Assembly (NCBI GenBank): GCA_002269645.1
Contig: NIVC01000151.1
Coordinates: 434,001-498,000, forward strand
DNA length: 64,000 nucleotides
Direction of reading: 5' to 3'
Source: Macrostomum lignano
Taxonomy: Eukaryota
The notes under the pieces were generated by a model. The model saw only the letters and a list, made by a program, of their open reading frames with translations. It did not search any database and was not told the DNA's origin. Made by a program: the position numbers and the translations under genes. Shown in pieces: positions 10,657 through 19,755 of this stretch (the stretch's first letter is position 1; each line of letters begins with the position of its first letter).

Positions 10657-12639
10657 TGTGCTACCACAAACGGCCGCGCCACGAATAAAATGTGCAGCAT
10701 CTGCTCCTCCAGTTCGAGCACCAAAACCCATAAGAGTTCCCGTTTTATCTAGCTCTCCCCAAGTGCCACTATCATATGTAAAAAAGTTTTGTCCAATTAG
10801 CGTATAAACTTTGGTTGATACATTGTATGTGCTTATTTGATACCAAATTCTTTGATTTAAAATATTAATTTCAAAAAGATGCCAATCACCATTATCAATA
10901 TTAGCATAGGTTATAGTTTGATCAGCATCATTAAGAACATCATTACGAACTGTTGCACCGTCTGATTTTATATTACTCCAAACAACTCCAACTCTATCAG
11001 TCCATTCACTAGCAAACACAATCAAGCCGGCGTTGGTTGTTAACCCGGATCCAAATTCGGTTGTTGGCCGTTCATGACAGTATGCATAAAACCAAACCGC
11101 ATCTGCACCATCTCCTGTAGAATTAGCAACTCGGAAATAGAAGGAGACGGATATATTACGAAAATGGGTGAAATTAAATTGTAACGCCCCAGAGCGACCC
11201 GATGCTTCATCAGTAATTCTAGCTCCATTTTGATAATCAATATAAGTAGCATCACCAACAAAACTTCCTGTTGGAAAAATATCGCCAGCTGTGGTTGGAT
11301 TTTGATATCCAGTCCAATTGCAAATTACGGGTTCGTACAAAGCGGCATCAATTGCTGGTATTCCATCCAATTTTATTTTATCGTTAAAAGACATTCGCCC
11401 ATCCGCCGTTTGGGTTACTCGCGTATCAACATAACCTTTAGTAACAACAGAAGTGTTATCGTTTATAGTAGAGATATTAGTAATTGTATTATTACCCATA
11501 TCAATTGATTGATTAACTACTCCTAAATTTAAATCAAGAATTGTAAACGTCTGTCTATAAATCTGGAAGGTTGACAGACCTGGGTTGGTTGAACCCGAGG
11601 TTGATGTAAGACAGAACAATCTGAAATATGAATACGTTTTATCAAAATTTTGTGTTACATTAATTGTTCGAGTTGAGTTATTTATTTCTACAGAACTATC
11701 CGCAGGTATTAATACGTCCCAACTTGTATTGTCATTACTGCCCTCAAATCGCCACGATGCTGGGTGCTCGGTTGATGGCGATGGCCTACCACGTAAATCA
11801 ATTTTATAACACATTATTGCGGAAGGGCATTGGACTTGAATCCAATAATCGGTTTGAGTATTATTTGTTGCCCAATCTGATGAGTCATCACCATCAAACG
11901 CTTTCCAGCTTGCAAAATCGGTTGTATTAAATGCGGTGCTTGCGGTTATTGCAAAACCATTTCCACTCCAATCTGCCATGGTAGGTACGTGGCCGGTTTC
12001 AACCGTTTGGAATCGATCTTGTTTTGGGGCTCCACCTCCAACTAAATTATCAACCTCCGTTTTGGTATAAGAATCAGCAACGTTTCGTTTTAAATTTAGG
12101 GAATTATCAACTTCAGTTTTGGTATAGGAATCAGCAACATTTCGTTTTAAATTTAGGGAATTATCAACTTCGGTTTTGGTATAAGAATCGGCAACATTCC
12201 GTTTCAAATTTAAGGAATTATCTATTTCAGTTTTGGTATAAGAATCGGCAACATTCCGTTTCAAATTTAAGGAATTATCAATTTCCGTTTTGCTATACGA
12301 ATCGGCTGTATCTCTTTTTAAATTTAATGAATTATCTATTTCGGTTTTGGTATAAGAATCGGCAACATTCCGTTTCAAATTTAGGGAATTATCAATTTCC
12401 GTTTTGGTATAAGAATCGGCAGTATTGCGTTTTAAATTTAATGAATCATCTATTTGAGTTTTGGTATAGGAATCTGCAACATTTCTTTTTAAATTTAGTT
12501 TAGTATCAACTTCACTTTTTTTATAACCTTCATCTTCATTAATATATCGGTTGTCTCCGAAGGTAACACTTATTCCACCAGACGTCCCACCGCCAGTACT
12601 TGTTGTTCCGTTCCATGAGGGTGTTCCAGAAAATAACAT
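10627..12639 (-). CDS. Fibre/adhesin-like protein: 19-aa shaft repeats, discoidin (F5/8C)-like domain and ConA/L-lectin-like domain
   Basis: 670 aa. About 9 copies of DSYTKTEIDNSLNLKRNVA; then AFDGDDSSDW...WIQV...WRFEGSNDNTSW (discoidin-like); an IDMGNNTITNI motif; and a C-terminal beta-sandwich with GALQFN...ISVSFYFRV...GADAVWF (lectin-like). Confidence 0.75.
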   Translation of the reverse strand: MLFSGTPSWNGTTSTGGGTSGGISVTFGDNRYINEDEGYKKSEVDTKLNLKRNVADSYTKTQIDDSLNLKRNTADSYTKTEIDNSLNLKRNVADSYTKTEIDNSLNLKRDTADSYSKTEIDNSLNLKRNVADSYTKTEIDNSLNLKRNVADSYTKTEVDNSLNLKRNVADSYTKTEVDNSLNLKRNVADSYTKTEVDNLVGGGAPKQDRFQTVETGHVPTMADWSGNGFAITASTAFNTTDFASWKAFDGDDSSDWATNNTQTDYWIQVQCPSAIMCYKIDLRGRPSPSTEHPASWRFEGSNDNTSWDVLIPADSSVEINNSTRTINVTQNFDKTYSYFRLFCLTSTSGSTNPGLSTFQIYRQTFTILDLNLGVVNQSIDMGNNTITNISTINDNTSVVTKGYVDTRVTQTADGRMSFNDKIKLDGIPAIDAALYEPVICNWTGYQNPTTAGDIFPTGSFVGDATYIDYQNGARITDEASGRSGALQFNFTHFRNISVSFYFRVANSTGDGADAVWFYAYCHERPTTEFGSGLTTNAGLIVFASEWTDRVGVVWSNIKSDGATVRNDVLNDADQTITYANIDNGDWHLFEINILNQRIWYQISTYNVSTKVYTLIGQNFFTYDSGTWGELDKTGTLMGFGARTGGADAAHFIRGAAVCGSTSAGYDFINT

Positions 12640-12648
12640 TTTTACTGT

Positions 12649-13089
12649 CTATTTTATAGAATCTAAAATTATCTTAAATACTTCGGGGGTTAAACGAGCT
12701 TCATTCGAAAGTCGATATAAAAAATACAACGCCGCTTGTCCGCAATAACTTTTGTCAAAGGTTTGAAACTGTTCGTGGTGATCTCCACATAAACGATTTT
12801 TAGTATGATTAAATTTATCTTTTATTTCCTGTAACGGAGGAAGCGCGTATGAATCAAAAAAATAAACAAGTTTAGGTTTTGAATAAACTGCTGACCAATG
12901 AACACCATTTTCTTTTGTCGTTTCGATGTTAACAATGTAAGATCCATATATTGGTAAATCTTTTATCTCATCCCGCATAACACATCTGAATGGTTTTATT
13001 TTTAATTGTGTCGCCCAATTTGTTAATTCGATATTGCTTGTTGTGTCTGTTCCATATCTTTGTTTAAAATCGCCCCACGTCATGGTCAT
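12649..13089 (-). CDS. Adenain-like cysteine maturation protease
   Basis: 146 aa; catalytic pattern GVHW...YFFDSY...QFQ...SYCG. Confidence 0.9.
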   Translation of the reverse strand: MTMTWGDFKQRYGTDTTSNIELTNWATQLKIKPFRCVMRDEIKDLPIYGSYIVNIETTKENGVHWSAVYSKPKLVYFFDSYALPPLQEIKDKFNHTKNRLCGDHHEQFQTFDKSYCGQAALYFLYRLSNEARLTPEVFKIILDSIK

Positions 13090-13090
13090 T

Positions 13091-13263
13091 TTATGTTCCT
13101 GAAAAACTCTTGGTTTTGGTTAGTTTCGTAGGTTTGGATTTTAACAGTTCCTTTCGGATTTTTTCTGCCTGTAATTGTTTCAATTTTGTTAATTCGATTT
13201 CATAATTATCTTCAGCTTTTTTAACTTTTTCCGTTTGTTTTTTAAAGCATTGTTGTTACCCAT
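13091..13263 (-). CDS. Small basic protein (~57 aa) starting MGN, reconstructed across a one-base frameshift at ~13240
   Basis: AAAAATG GGT start. One extra A in the A6 run gives MGNNNALKKQTEKVKKAEDNYEIELTKLKQLQAEKIRKELLKSKPTKLTKTKSFSGT*, filling the gap between penton and protease. Confidence 0.45.
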
Positions 13264-13307
13264 TTTTACTATGGGAAACGGACGATGTCCTCGAACCTTT
13301 GGTTCGG

Positions 13308-14093
13308 CTAAACCTGTTTTATACGTAAAATTACTGTTATTGACTGCCCACCAAAACTTATTAATCTATCGCTTTCATCTACAATCCTAATATAAATCGA
13401 TTGAACATTATATTGATTTAATGGGTAATATATGGGGGTTTGAGGTGAAACAATCATTTTCTCTCCAATTGGAACAGCAAGAAATGGGATTGAATAAATA
13501 ATTCCACGTTGAACCAAAACTCCGTTATCGTCTGTTATATAACCACCGTTTGATATGTCGGTTGTTATATTAATTGTATTTACTCCACCCTCTATATTTC
13601 CAACTGTATCGCCGGTGCTTGATGCGGTAACTATTCGAGAATTAAATCCAAGTATGGTTCTGAGTGAATTTGCAATTGTGAAATCAACCTGATATCCAGA
13701 TTCTAGTGATAGTGTGAATCTGCCAGATGGTAAATCAACACCGATAACAATTGCACCTGCTACCCAATCTCCATTTGCTGTTAATTCTCCTTCTATATAA
13801 GCATTCAAATCAGTATAGCTATACGCACCCGGGCTAACACTAAATGTTGTCCAATTGGCTCCGGAATCTTTAGAATATCTAAATTGATTATTTGTTGCAT
13901 TAATTAATTGAGGCATGTTAAAAACCGAAAATAATATCAAACCAATTTGATAACTTAGGCTTTGATCGAGTTTTAGCGGATCGCGCAATTGAATCCGTTG
14001 TTCGCTAGTTGTCATTATAAACTGTAATGTTGTACTAAATTTTGAATTAGTTCGATCTACCAATTGTTTAATAGTATTTAAATTTGTTGTCAT
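13308..14093 (-). CDS. Minor capsid protein (penton, single jelly-roll)
   Basis: 261 aa with Polinton penton-type motifs PGAYSYTDLN, SLRTILGF and C-terminal PIYYPL...IYIRIVDESDRLISFGGQSITVILRI. Confidence 0.85.
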   Translation of the reverse strand: MTTNLNTIKQLVDRTNSKFSTTLQFIMTTSEQRIQLRDPLKLDQSLSYQIGLILFSVFNMPQLINATNNQFRYSKDSGANWTTFSVSPGAYSYTDLNAYIEGELTANGDWVAGAIVIGVDLPSGRFTLSLESGYQVDFTIANSLRTILGFNSRIVTASSTGDTVGNIEGGVNTINITTDISNGGYITDDNGVLVQRGIIYSIPFLAVPIGEKMIVSPQTPIYYPLNQYNVQSIYIRIVDESDRLISFGGQSITVILRIKQV

Positions 14094-14113
14094 TTTTATA
14101 GTGGGAAATTGTG

Positions 14114-14874
14114 CTAAGTCTCTTCCTCGTTATCTTCTTTTATCAGATCTTTTAAGATTCGATTTATCCTTTCTAACCTAGGGTTAATATATATGTGTCT
14201 GTATTGGCTGTCATCCCAAATTTTTTTACACATACTTTTAAATGGTTTTATATCCAACCCGGGATTAAATCTAGCGTGTATATTTTGTAAATCATAATTA
14301 TCTAATCAAACATTACACAACAACTTGCATTCTTTTTTATAATCGATTCTAATTCTCTAAAGGACTGTGTTAAATAAAAAGCTCCAATTCCATCTCCTCT
14401 ACCACTAACAAAAATTTCCTTTTGTAATTCTTGATCGCCGTCGTTAATACAATCATCAAAAATAATTAGTGTTTTATCATTTTTTGGAATTTGATCATAG
14501 GCTAATCGGGTTGATACTCTAACGGTTGGGGCGCGTTCGGTGGTGTTTTCCGGTTCTTGCGCCATTGTTTTACACAAATTCTCAATGTCATCGAGTTTAA
14601 ATCGCGGTTCGTCATCATCCTCATATTGCTCATATGCTCTTAACATTCTAAACAAGATATCTTTTTTTAATTTGTTTTTTAATCCATGTTTAAGAAATTC
14701 ATAATATTTTATTCTAGGTTTGTTAGTATAAATTAATAAATTATTATAGTCTAGCATTCCGTCGGTTGTTAACAGGTCATAAACAAAGTGTGTTTTTCCT
14801 TTACCCGACCCACCAATTACTAAACAAAGAAAAGGATCATTTGGAAATATTTTATAGTGTTTTGCTTTTACCAT
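14114..14874 (-). CDS. A32/FtsK-like DNA packaging ATPase, with one frameshift at ~14304
   Basis: Walker A GGSGKGKT, Walker B IIFDD, then SGRGDG...LTQS. The C-terminus (LDNYDLQNIHARF...FKSMCKKIWDD...EEET*) continues in the -1 frame after TTT GAT TAG. Probable ATG at 14874. Confidence 0.9.
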
Positions 14875-14890
14875 TTTTAAAGATAAAATT

Positions 14891-16362
14891 TTACAGCGGG
14901 GCGTCCCGAACGATGGTGCCATCTGCTTTAGCAATTGATAAATATTCCTCTAGAAACAATACGTGGGCGTCTATTGCCTGATTACCGGTTTTATTAATCT
15001 CTAACATATAATTAAGTCCAACATTGGATACGTTTTCTTTCTGTGCCGTTAGATCATAAACAACTACTGGGTGGATGTTTAGAAACTCTGTGGGTGTGTA
15101 CTGAGGGATGGCATACGCTTCATTTTTGGCATAATCTTGATAATATTTTATAAAATCATTAACATTATTATTTGCAATATTTAGATTAAGAGGATCTTTA
15201 ACCGGATAGTATTGGTCATCAACCTGCAGGCGGATATTCTGAACATTAAACTCGTTAATAGCTGAAACCGCATTGTCTGTTGCGGTAGCTGCTTGTGCTG
15301 CTATAGTACCCGATTGAATCCAATATAAATCCCCATTTGCTCTTTTACTCCTTCTATTTGTTATCTTAAACCAAACAAAATATATCTCACCCGACGTTTT
15401 GATGTCAGTATTTGCCACTGGAATGAGTCCTGATTGTTATTAATGGTTCGCATAAAGTGTCTACGATTCAAATAAAATATTTCCTGATCATGCGTTAACT
15501 GATTATCGATGTGTTTTAAAAGCGGAGCCGTTACCTCAATAGTTGGTACGACTAATTGTATTGATGCTATACGAACTGCTATATCGGTTGAAATTGAGGT
15601 TCCATAAAGTATCCTAGGCTGATACCCACCAGATATTTGCAACTGTACCCCAAATTTTAATCCTTTCCATACCCGATTTGGTGAGAAGAACCCAAATAGT
15701 GGAAAGATTGAAAAGTCCTGCTCATATGCTGTTGCTGTGGTTAAAACCGCGACTGGGAATTTATTCTGGCGATCTATAAAACCCGTATTAATATCTTTTG
15801 TGTTAGTCATAGTGGTTACAACTAGAACTATATTGGTATTAAGATAAGCTATAAGAGCTGCGGTATCTGCACCAGCTGCATTTTGTACATTGGGGAAAAC
15901 CACCGCTTGCCCATTGCCCTTATCCGGCATCCACCCAACATTATCACCAACTTGTTTTGATAAATAAGTATAATTTAAATGTTTCAAAACTCCATTAATC
16001 TCTGCGGGGTTTGACGATGTCTCAACCTCGGCTCCATTAACGGTTAGTTGAGCTTGGGAAAAACATTTATAAAACCAATCATTTTCTATTATTATTCCAG
16101 AACGATCTGCGATATCTCCGGCTGCTAGAGCAGTTCCATCATTTCTAGTATACAACCATCTAACGCGGAAAAATGCATTTTTCATATCCAATATGGTGTT
16201 GGTTGCACCGATGTCAAAAGCTACCGTTCCGCTAGTAAAGTTATTTGTATTATCACTTGTTGGTAGGGTATAATTTAAATCTCTTGCCCTGACCTCATTA
16301 ATATACTGTCGGTGCTTTTTGAAATGAAATTTATCACTCCATATAGTTTTTGTTTCAGCCAT
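14891..16362 (-). CDS. Major capsid protein (double jelly-roll), with one frameshift at ~15369
   Basis: ORF 16362-15361 plus ORF 15418-14891. One extra T gives RVRYILFGFKITNRR, matching the Polinton MCP RY(I/V)..GFQ motif; later NIRLQVDDQYYP and VVVYDLTAQ. Confidence 0.85.
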
Positions 16363-16397
16363 TTTTTTATGTTAAAAAAGTTTTTTCATGTTAAAAA

Positions 16398-17072
16398 ATG
16401 AGTCAATTTATGGATGTTGATGGAAATTTAGCGATTTATAAAGAAAAGCAAAGATATTCTGATTTTGTTAGAAATTTACAAAAAAGAAAGTTGGGAATAG
16501 AATTAGCTGGTGAAAGACTTGCTGCTCCTTTTGTTAATCCTATTACTGGGAAAATTAGTGAGCTAGAAAAAACAGATAAAGACCTTCATGAAAAAATTGC
16601 TAAGAATACGGAGCCAAAAGAGGATGAAATTTTGGATGAGCCACCTGCTTATGATGTTGATCAAGCACTATTGAGAGTTGCAGAGATTAGGGCTGCAGAA
16701 AGGGATGGAGTTGAACAATTTCAAAGAGATGCGCCACGTAGTATTGCTGTGACAGATTTAGGTAATAATAATTATCGAATTGGTGGAGTTGATAAAAATC
16801 GGAATGAGCTATATAGAGAATTGGGTGGAGCATATAATATTATTATGAACCCTAGGGTAAGATTTAACCCTGATTTATATACTAGGGATGAATTAGTAAG
16901 TGCTAAAAATTTTTACGATGAGTTAGGAGTAAGAGCTGCTAAAAATACCAGCTTGTATAAAAGGATTGTTGATTCTATAAATAACAAGCCGGCTGTTGGC
17001 GAAGGATTTAAAACTCCACGAAAACTTGTATTAGCTGCTGCGAAAGCTGCTGGACATACAGGAATTAATTAA
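16398..17072 (+). CDS. Polinton conserved hypothetical (PZ/core-like) protein
   Basis: 224 aa; N-terminal K..L...PFVNPIT.KI motif and a late VGEGF (GxG) motif, consistent with a protease-processed core protein. Confidence 0.5.
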   Translation: MSQFMDVDGNLAIYKEKQRYSDFVRNLQKRKLGIELAGERLAAPFVNPITGKISELEKTDKDLHEKIAKNTEPKEDEILDEPPAYDVDQALLRVAEIRAAERDGVEQFQRDAPRSIAVTDLGNNNYRIGGVDKNRNELYRELGGAYNIIMNPRVRFNPDLYTRDELVSAKNFYDELGVRAAKNTSLYKRIVDSINNKPAVGEGFKTPRKLVLAAAKAAGHTGIN

Positions 17073-17095
17073 TTGTTAAATTTATTTTTTATAAA

Positions 17096-17727
17096 ATGGA
17101 AACTAAAAAGATTTGTAGTCTATGTAAAGAAGAAAAACCAATGACTATAGAATTTTTTTATTGGAGAAATGATTCAAAAAATTTAGAAATGATTGTCGAT
17201 TGTGTCATAATACTTCGTCTACGATGTGGATGAAAAACAATAAAGATAAATGGAAAGAATATAGAAAAAATAAATATCACACCGATGAAAATTTCAAAAA
17301 TATTACTCTAATTAGAAATAGAATAAATTGGGCGTTGAAAAATTTTAATGACAAGGACTATATCTCATATCTTGGTTGCACAAAAGAATTCTTTTTTGAT
17401 TGGTTAAATTTCACAAGAAATTATTATGTATCAAAAGATTATACTGGAATGTTACATATTGATCATTTAATCCCCGCTTCTTCATTTAGTTACAAAGATA
17501 ATGACCAGATGAAAAAGTCTGAACATTGGACAAATAAAAGATACTTAACTAGCGTAGATAATCGCTATAAAAAAGTTAAACAACCAACTATCGAAGAATT
17601 TGCAAAACAATTAGTGTTAACTTGTATTTTTAAGGCTATTAAAAATGAGCAATCATGCGATGCATGCGAACCGAAGGTTCGATCGGACGAAGTCCGCGTT
17701 CCTTCGGAACGATCAATTAGTGTTTGA
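17096..17727 (+). CDS. Free-standing HNH endonuclease with N-terminal C4 zinc finger, with one frameshift at ~17180
   Basis: METKKICSLCKEEK...(fs)KFRNDCRLCHN joined to ORF 17200-17727, which contains YLGCT, LHIDHLIP...HWTNKRYL...N..K as in viral HNH nucleases. Confidence 0.85.
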
Positions 17728-19283
17728 AGGAGGATTGTTGGATGTTCAAAAAGGATTAACAAGCTTACCACCAATCTTTACTACTGGAAGGTATACAAAT
17801 GAATTACACATCCCGTCTTACAACTTCGCAGGTTAACCCGTGGCCTAAGTGGTAGAAGCAAAGCTACTGCTAGTCACTATTTGTGGCGACATCTTCAAAT
17901 TGCGTGAAACCCGTCATACAGCTTCAAGTACCACTTCAATTGAGAAATCTTTTGAAGGAACAGAGGTAACTCCTCTTCCCAAAGGTAACAAGCTTGAAGA
18001 CATGGTGGCAATGCGCAGCCAAGCTCCTAAGTATTTAAATATAAGGAGAAGGTTCAGAGAGCAGACGGAGATGGGCGGTAATTTATCCGCTTAAGGTGTG
18101 CTCCAGCCTATTTCGAAAGATTTAGGGCAAACTACCCGGGACTCGGCTGGATTTAAGATTAAATCCTGATAATACTCCTAAAGCTGATTCAATTCCCATT
18201 AACGGTATTGATTGGTTAGCATACTATCATGACTTAGCATACAGAGATGCTGATAAGAACTCACCCGAGGAAGCATTAAGATTAAAGCATGAGGCCGATC
18301 GAAAAATGATTCAAGGATTAGATAACTTACAGGGCTTATCGGTAAGCCAAAGATTAACTAGGTGGATGGTTAAAAAGATTTTGCAGTCTAAAGTTAAATT
18401 TGGTTTGGGAATTAATTACAATCAACATGGAAATAATTGTGTTGAGTGTCTGTTATTAAGTGGTGGTGGGTTAAGTTCTGATGAGGCAAAGATTCTTCAC
18501 AAAGAATATCGAAAACCTAAATTTTACCGAAAGATCATGAACTTTAAAAAGAATGAAATTTGGTATGCTGATTTAATGTCTATGCCGAACGAAAGAGGAT
18601 ACAAATACATTTTAACCATATTAGATGGTTTTACTCGATATGCGTGGGCTGTTCCTTTGAAATCCAAAAAAGGAGAGGAGGTTGCTGGTGCTTTTAGAAG
18701 TCTTGGAGAAAAAAGTGAAAGGTTGTGTGTTGATGAAGGAAAAGAATTTTACAATCCTCATATGTATAAATTGTATCATTTTGAAAAAGGACAAGAAAGG
18801 AAAAAAGACGCGAATGGGGAGTATATTAATAAAATTTATTCTATTTATGGAGAAAGTAAAAACGCATTAATAGAAAGATTTAATCGAACTTTGGGTAAGA
18901 AATTGTGGTTTCAGTTTAGTCTTAATGGAAACCAAAAATGGGTAAAAATATTACCAGACGTCGTGAAAGATTATAATAACTCATATCATTCAACTATAAA
19001 GATGACTCCTCAACAAGCTTATAACAATCCTGAAAAAGTTAAAGTTACTTTTAGAGAATTTGAAAAAAAGAAAACTAAAGGTTTTAAGGTTGGTGATTCT
19101 GTTTATATCTATAAATGGAAAGATAAGTTTGAAAAGGGAAGAAAAGGATATTGGAAGATAAGTGAGAAATTTACCATCAGTAAAGTTTTAAATACAAATC
19201 CTACAACCTATATAATTGCTGATAAGGATGGTGAAGAAATATTGGGTTCGTTTTATGAGAATCAAATCATATCTGCGAACTAA
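17645..19283 (+). CDS. Phospholipase A2 (parvovirus VP1u-like, PLA2X) followed in frame by a retroviral-like DDE integrase; interrupted by a group I intron
   Basis: Exon 1 17645-17833 (...ELHIPSYNFAG) plus exon 2 18135-19283 (PGTRLDLRL...DWLAYYHDLAY...EADRK...KVKFGLG, then WYADL, LTILDGFTRY, VDEGKEF, IERFNRT, YNNSYHSTIKMTP). The spliced product would be 445 aa. Confidence 0.88.
17834..18134 (+). ncRNA. Group I self-splicing intron, subgroup IC1-like (P5abc present), 301 nt, no internal endonuclease ORF
   Basis: Pairings read from the sequence: P1 AGGU(17830-33)/GCCU(17843-46) with U.G at the 5' splice site; P10 CCCGUG/CCCGGG; P2 17848-55/17864-71; P2.1; P3 CAUCUUC(17890-96)/GGAGAUG(18067-73); P4 UGCGUG/UGCGCA; P5a CUUCAAG/CUUGAAG with A-rich bulge; L5b GAAA; P6a CUCCU/AGGAG; P7 GAGCA(18059-63)/UGCUC(18099-103); P8 GGCGG/CCGCU; L9 GAAA. 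Removal restores YNFAG-PGT in frame. Confidence 0.92.
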
Positions 19284-19293
19284 GTTCGAACAA

Positions 19294-19518
19294 TTACTTA
19301 AGACAACAGGGTAGTAAATTTTTTATAACAAACAAAAACAATATTATTACTATTATTGTTACTAATATAATTATTGACATTTGTTCAACGGTGATTAGAC
19401 TTAAATTTTCATTAAGTTCATTAATCGGCACATTTCCGATGTAGGAGTAGTTTACCTTCATTTTTTTAAATATATTTTTCACAATAAATGTCGTTTCTGT
19501 TATAGAATAATAGTTCAT
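19294..19518 (-). CDS. Small single-pass membrane protein (74 aa)
   Basis: Hydrophobic stretch IIILVTIIVIILFLFVI followed by KNLLPCCLK; AAAAATG start. Confidence 0.55.
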   Translation of the reverse strand: MNYYSITETTFIVKNIFKKMKVNYSYIGNVPINELNENLSLITVEQMSIIILVTIIVIILFLFVIKNLLPCCLK

Positions 19519-19521
19519 TTT

Positions 19522-19752
19522 TTAAATATTTTTTTCACAGTTTAAACACTGTGCTAATATAAGACTTTGCTCCCCCTTATCCCAAATATACTCTAATTCT
19601 CCAATTTCAAGCGGATATATCTTTATATCTGGAAATATATATACTTCATCTAGTATTTCATCCTTTATTAATTTTTTTATTGAATCAAGTGCATTGAATA
19701 TTGTTTGAGTTGATTCAATTATTGAAAAGTGGGGTCTGTTAACTAATTCCAT
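19522..19752 (-). CDS. Polinton hypothetical protein (76 aa), paralog of the 19756-20070 ORF
   Basis: Shares FS...IK..I...I.DEVY...D.K.YPLE..E with its neighbour. Confidence 0.6.
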   Translation of the reverse strand: MELVNRPHFSIIESTQTIFNALDSIKKLIKDEILDEVYIFPDIKIYPLEIGELEYIWDKGEQSLILAQCLNCEKNI

Positions 19753-19755
19753 TTT

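Noticed and set aside
17849-18094. 81-aa ORF inside the group I intron as an intron-encoded homing endonuclease
   Set aside because: No LAGLIDADG, HNH, GIY-YIG or His-Cys motif; it overlaps the ribozyme core and starts at a non-ATG codon.
17831-18125. Spliceosomal GT...AG reading of the PLA2 insert (G|GTTAAC...TTTAG|G)
   Set aside because: It gives the wrong reading frame and does not restore GPGT; the group I fold and P1/P10 explain the boundaries better.
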